Source: Macrostomum lignano
Lineage: Eukaryota
Assembly: GCA_002269645.1 (NCBI GenBank)
Contig: NIVC01000440.1
Span: forward strand, 310,001 to 374,000
DNA: 64,000 nucleotides
Reading direction: 5' to 3'
Shown in pieces: positions 59,380-64,000 of this stretch. The notes under the pieces are model-generated. The model was not told the DNA's origin and ran no database searches. It saw only the letters and a list, made by a program, of their open reading frames with translations. The translations under genes and the position numbers were made by a program. The stretch's first letter is position 1, and every line of letters begins with the position of its first letter.

Positions 59380-60200
59380 CGGCGGCCCACGGGCGACGCT
59401 GAAGACATAATTTGAGCGCCTTCTAGATGCGCAGCAACAGGCTGCTGTCGACGATGCTGCATATATGTCTGGTCCATTATCCAGCTGCAGCCGACGTGAA
59501 GAGCCGCGCAGTGTGGACGACCGTACCCATTGGAAAATACCGCTCCCATCTGAGGAGGACTTCTGCACCTAAGCCCAGTCACCATGGAAGACATTGTGCT
59601 TTTCGCTCGGAAAACACCGGCCAGGCGGTAAGGCGCTCGGCCCCGACGAAGTCCCGTTGGTCGAAGCGCTGCGGCTCCGATGTGTGGCCTCCCAGGCGCC
59701 ATGAACCGCGTGCTTGCTGGCGCCCGTGCGCCTACCGAATGGACCATTGCGCAAACCGTGTCGATTCAACGCGGGAACAATGCGGTCAAAGAAAAAAGAA
59801 GCCTGGGCGGTATTCCATTCGATCCGGGCCGTCCTCCAGTCCGAAAAGCTGCCCGACCGCCAGAGGGCTCTGTTGTGGCAGGCGGTGGTCAAAACCGTCT
59901 TGCTCTACAACGCCGAGACGTGGACGCTGGCGGCTACGCTTGAGCGACAGTTGGATTCGACGCACTCAGGGCTGCTCCGTGCGTTCTTTCAAGCTGACGA
60001 GAGCGCCGGGACCGAAGCCCTGTACGATCGGGCCAAGCTGCAGCGCCCATCCTGTACTGGTGGTGACTTCAACTGGCGGGTCACGTGATCCGGGCCGAGA
60101 GCTACTGCCCCAAACCTGTTCAGGACGACCTTGCAGGGCCCATTCAGGTGAGTCAGGCCCGAACACGTCGATACGTTGACTGCCCGCTGTGCGACGCTGG
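59380..60200 (+). mobile_element. Degenerate, internally deleted RTE-like non-LTR retrotransposon
   Basis: A KALGPDEVP motif (RT N-terminal flank, near 59630-59655) is followed closely by KEAWAVFHSI..LWQAVVKTVLLYNAETWTL..ERQLDS (post-RT region). No YADD-type core was seen. Confidence 0.7.
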
Positions 60201-60792
60201 GGCGTAAAATTAATTGCTTTGGTTTAACTTACTACTTAGCTGAGAGTAGCTTACACGCAAATGTTGCAGAGTGGCCCATCTAGTTTTTATAATATCTGTG
60301 TTGCTAACTGACGCCAGAATTCCGGACTTCATCTACAGTCCTAAAGAAGGCACAGGTAAAACAATTCTATCTCTATAGTTCATCTACTTACGCATAATTA
60401 CTCGTGCAGTTGCTTTAATTTGGCACCTGGCTATATACATTGTACGAGCTAGAGTTTTTTGTTGTGTCAAGATGCAATGGAGGGCAATGCACATAAAAAG
60501 TGAACTTACCCCAGGCACAGGTAATTCTCTCCGCATAAATAGATTCAGTTAAAGACAACTTCGCAACTTCGACTCGACAAGTTCGAATGTCTTAAAAACG
60601 GAGTTGTTACCAAAAATAAATTATAATATCGTTGCAAACATATAAACTTATGAAGGTAGGAAGCCTTTTCATTTTTTCTGTAGCTCTTCTGGAAAACTGG
60701 GTTGAAGTTCGCTCTAACTCAGCTTAGACGTTCGAGTACTTGCTAAAATTGCATCTTATTTCTGAGAATAAATCGCTCACTTGTCGTTATCA

Positions 60793-61389
60793 ATGGATGT
60801 CCTGAAATGCGTCGTTGTCGGCGACTCAAACGTTGGCAAGACCAGCCTGATTATGACGTACGTACAGAGCGCATTCTACGAAGATTCAATACCGACAGTG
60901 TTTGACTCTCACGAAGTCACGGTTAACCATGGTGAAGCCAACAAAAGCAGGCAGCTGGTTGTGTGCGACACCGCAGGCCAGGAGACCTACGACAGACTGC
61001 GACCGCTCAGTTATCCGGACACCCACGTCTTCCTGTTGTGCTTCTCCGTGAACAACTCGACAAGCTTGAGCAACGTAATAGAGAAATGGCACTGGGAGCT
61101 GAAGCATCACTCTCCCAACACGCCAATCATTCTTGTTGGAACCAAGTCAGATTTGCGAGCGTCTGCTCCAACTGACAAAGCAGTTTCTAGCGAGCGAGGC
61201 TGCCAGGTGGCTAGAGAAATCAAAGCCATAAAGTACATAGAGTGCTCTGCGCGACATCAGGACGGACTGCATCGCCTCTTTGTTGAGGCCATCGCTGCGG
61301 CTGATATGCCCCGAGGCGACAACGGTCGTGCTGATGGTGGCAACAGGAACTCTCTGAATGGTTTGAAGACTCTCTGCAGCGTTTTGTGA
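60793..61389 (+). CDS. Intronless atypical Rho-family (Rac/Cdc42-like) small GTPase, 198 aa
   Basis: Contains KCVVVGDSNVGKT, PTVFD, DTAGQETYDRLRPLSYPDTHVFLLCFS, IILVGTKSDL and YIECSA, and ends in the CAAX box CSVL. Confidence 0.93.
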   Translation: MDVLKCVVVGDSNVGKTSLIMTYVQSAFYEDSIPTVFDSHEVTVNHGEANKSRQLVVCDTAGQETYDRLRPLSYPDTHVFLLCFSVNNSTSLSNVIEKWHWELKHHSPNTPIILVGTKSDLRASAPTDKAVSSERGCQVAREIKAIKYIECSARHQDGLHRLFVEAIAAADMPRGDNGRADGGNRNSLNGLKTLCSVL

Positions 61390-64000
61390 CATTCGGGCAC
61401 ACAAAAATACGTCTTACAACCAATATCTACGAGTTAACGCAAATTGTTACACAGTAAAGCGAGTCACAAATCACATACATGACAGACGTTCAATATTGGT
61501 ACTTTTTAGACAATTTTGTTTGCATTCTTTTCAATATTCACGTGCAGAAATCTGTAGAATTCTTCGCTAAGTCAAACAACCCAGTGTTGCATCGTCCCAC
61601 TAAATATTGCTTGCATATACTTCAAGTATGCACTTTGATAAACCAGGGAAACTGTTAACTAATTTTGTCGAATGAGGGCCAGGTATATACAAATTTACAT
61701 GTAAAGTAACTTAATTTTTAATTTTAGGACAGGTACTTGTATACCATTTTTGTGTTTTCGGGACCAAGGACCAACTTGATGATACACCTCCATCAATTGA
61801 GTAGCGCGATCTGATTTGTGCATATGATTTCTTCGTCACTTGTGCATTTACATCCGTCTATCCGTCTTCTACGATTTAATGGTTCAGTTGATAGCGGTGT
61901 AACCGGTGAATCTCTTGCGGGTTAAAATAGAGTGGAGTAGAGTAGAGGAAGTGGAATACATGTAGAGTGGCGTAGAGTACAGTACGTTTGTAGATCTGAA
62001 CCTGGGTAGGTCCATGGCAATCGGTGTTGCACCGTCGGCGACTCCAGCTGTCAGGCCACATCATCCTCGCCATGTCGTACTCTCCATAGACGGTGCAGGA
62101 GGGGCTGCTGCTGACTATGCAGGCGCCATACCGGCGGGGACAGGTAGGCATTTAGCTGCTGGCTGATGCCGACACACACTGTGACGCTGCTTTGATTTTA
62201 AGACCTGATTTTGTTGCTGTCGATGTGATGAGAAGTCGCATTATGATAGAGTTTGTTACACTTCATCCTGTCACATTCAGCTCGTTCGTCAACCATGCAT
62301 GTACGTCTATTTGGTAGCTAGGCGACTACAGGTAGACCAACATCTATTGATCATCGTCAGTGTTACATGAGCTAAATGAATTTAGAATTTTCAACTTCTT
62401 ATGCATTGCAATTACGAAAACCCAAGGCTGCTATGAAATGACTTATTAATTGCTTCTTTGGTGATGTCACCACGATGTGAAATCTCTTTTTCGAGATTGA
62501 AAAATCTCTTGAAATCGAAATTTCACAACGTTGATATTTTACAAAATCGAAAGGCATACAGCGAGATTCAAACTGTCAATCAAATTAGCTCGTAAATCTG
62601 AGATAATTAGATAGTTTACCTAGATAATGGAATGTACGAGTATAATTAATAGCTACGGGCTGGACGACTTGGATTAAATATCTAGATGAGGGTGGATAAG
62701 ATTCGTCGTGAAAGCTACCGCGAGTAGTAGTTCAATATATTGCAACAAGAAGTTCAACTTCAGTAGGGAAATTCCTTAATGCTTTGTCGCGTACGCTTAG
62801 CGCTGAAGCTCAAATGCTAAATATAGAAATATGAGTAGAGTCCCTTCAGATTCAACCTCACCTCAGACATTCGACAGAAAAATAATGTATAAATGCCGTA
62901 ATTGCAAGCAGATTTCTTTAGCTAGAAGCACTACTTTGTCTTCTTGGCAATGCTTGCATTGTTTATAATAACTGCTGTTTCCCGAAAAGATCTTGGTTAA
63001 ATTCATACAAAAAGCCTTATTTGTCATCAAACGGTTGGAATTCCGAGCCGACTTTTGGAGCATCGATCGAAATACTCTCCGTGAGTATCATCACTATCAG
63101 CATTTTTATTGCAACTTGTTGACTCGCTGAAGACTACTTAAAGTAAGTTATCGCGCATTTTACAACAGTATGTCTAATTGTCAACTTAGCGTGGGAGCTT
63201 TACAAGCGACAAGTTTCAATACTGTATTAAACATTTCTAATTTCATTAAGCGATGTCTAATGATAAACTTGCTAATAGAATCTAAATTGCAACTGCGTAA
63301 ACAATACACAGTGTTGATTTTTAGCTCTTTAACTAATACGAGTAGAGATTTAGAGCCTGCTCAAAACAGAAAAAAGTATACGCTTTTTTAGGCAGTGACG
63401 TCATCTAGCTTTGACCAGCCCACTAAAAATGCAATGCCTTGCTTTCGCATTGCTCGTATCTAAACTGTACGGCATCACAAGATGTACAGTGTTAGAGTTA
63501 CGAGTCTCGGTTTCTATTTTAAAGTAGAGTTGACAAGTATTACAGTATGCACTGCTTTTGGTTGGCTTTGGTATCTCTATTTTGATTATCATTGCATATT
63601 ATAAAGTCTCAGCTGTTAAGTATTGAATTGGCTAGATAACAGGTCAGCGAAGCCACCTCATTTTTGTTTCAAGTAGCTAACTTAATGATATTGCGTGTTT
63701 TACAGGTACTGTATAATTTTTTCTGCGTAGAACTCCCCCCTAGCGAATGCATGCAGTGTTAATACTGTACATGTACAACTCACTCTACTGACCAGCTAGT
63801 CTTGTTAAACAGTAGGTTCTTGACGAGAACTAACGCTATTTTTCATTTTGCAACAAACCAACTTGTGTCCGCGTCCAATGTAGAATTTACATCGAATTCA
63901 AAAGTTTGTTGCACATTATGACCAAACCATGTACACTAGTCTAAGTAGCATCACGTGACCCCCCAATATAAGAATCTCGCTGTTCGCGCTGGCTGCTTCA

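Overview
This is eukaryotic (metazoan) DNA with GC-rich exons and GT-AG introns. Tandem repeats fill most introns and spacers. That style, plus a probable spliced-leader-dependent start codon, suggests a free-living flatworm of the Macrostomum type; this is inference only. I reconstructed nine genes by hand. On the + strand: an LPGAT1-like acyltransferase, three tandem omega-class glutathione S-transferases (the first is frameshifted), a divergent SCOT/OXCT1 CoA-transferase and an intronless atypical Rho/Rac GTPase. On the - strand: a class A peptide GPCR, folliculin (FLCN) and a FoxN2/3 factor with an AT-hook. There are about 35 unrelated mini/microsatellite arrays, two copies of a tRNA-derived SINE, a deleted RTE-type LINE and small inverted-repeat elements. 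Most long ORFs in the supplied track are repeat artefacts. The most notable observations are: (1) FLCN has a splice acceptor exactly where its conserved initiator Met should be, which fits the flatworm spliced-leader AUG supplying the start; (2) 12 of 15 introns carry private minisatellites, and several amplify branch-point/acceptor or transcription-factor motifs; (3) a 2.7-kb CpG desert lies upstream of FoxN; (4) the GSTO cluster shows gene conversion, discordant intron positions and uORFs overlapping the starts. All exon boundaries and counts were made by eye.
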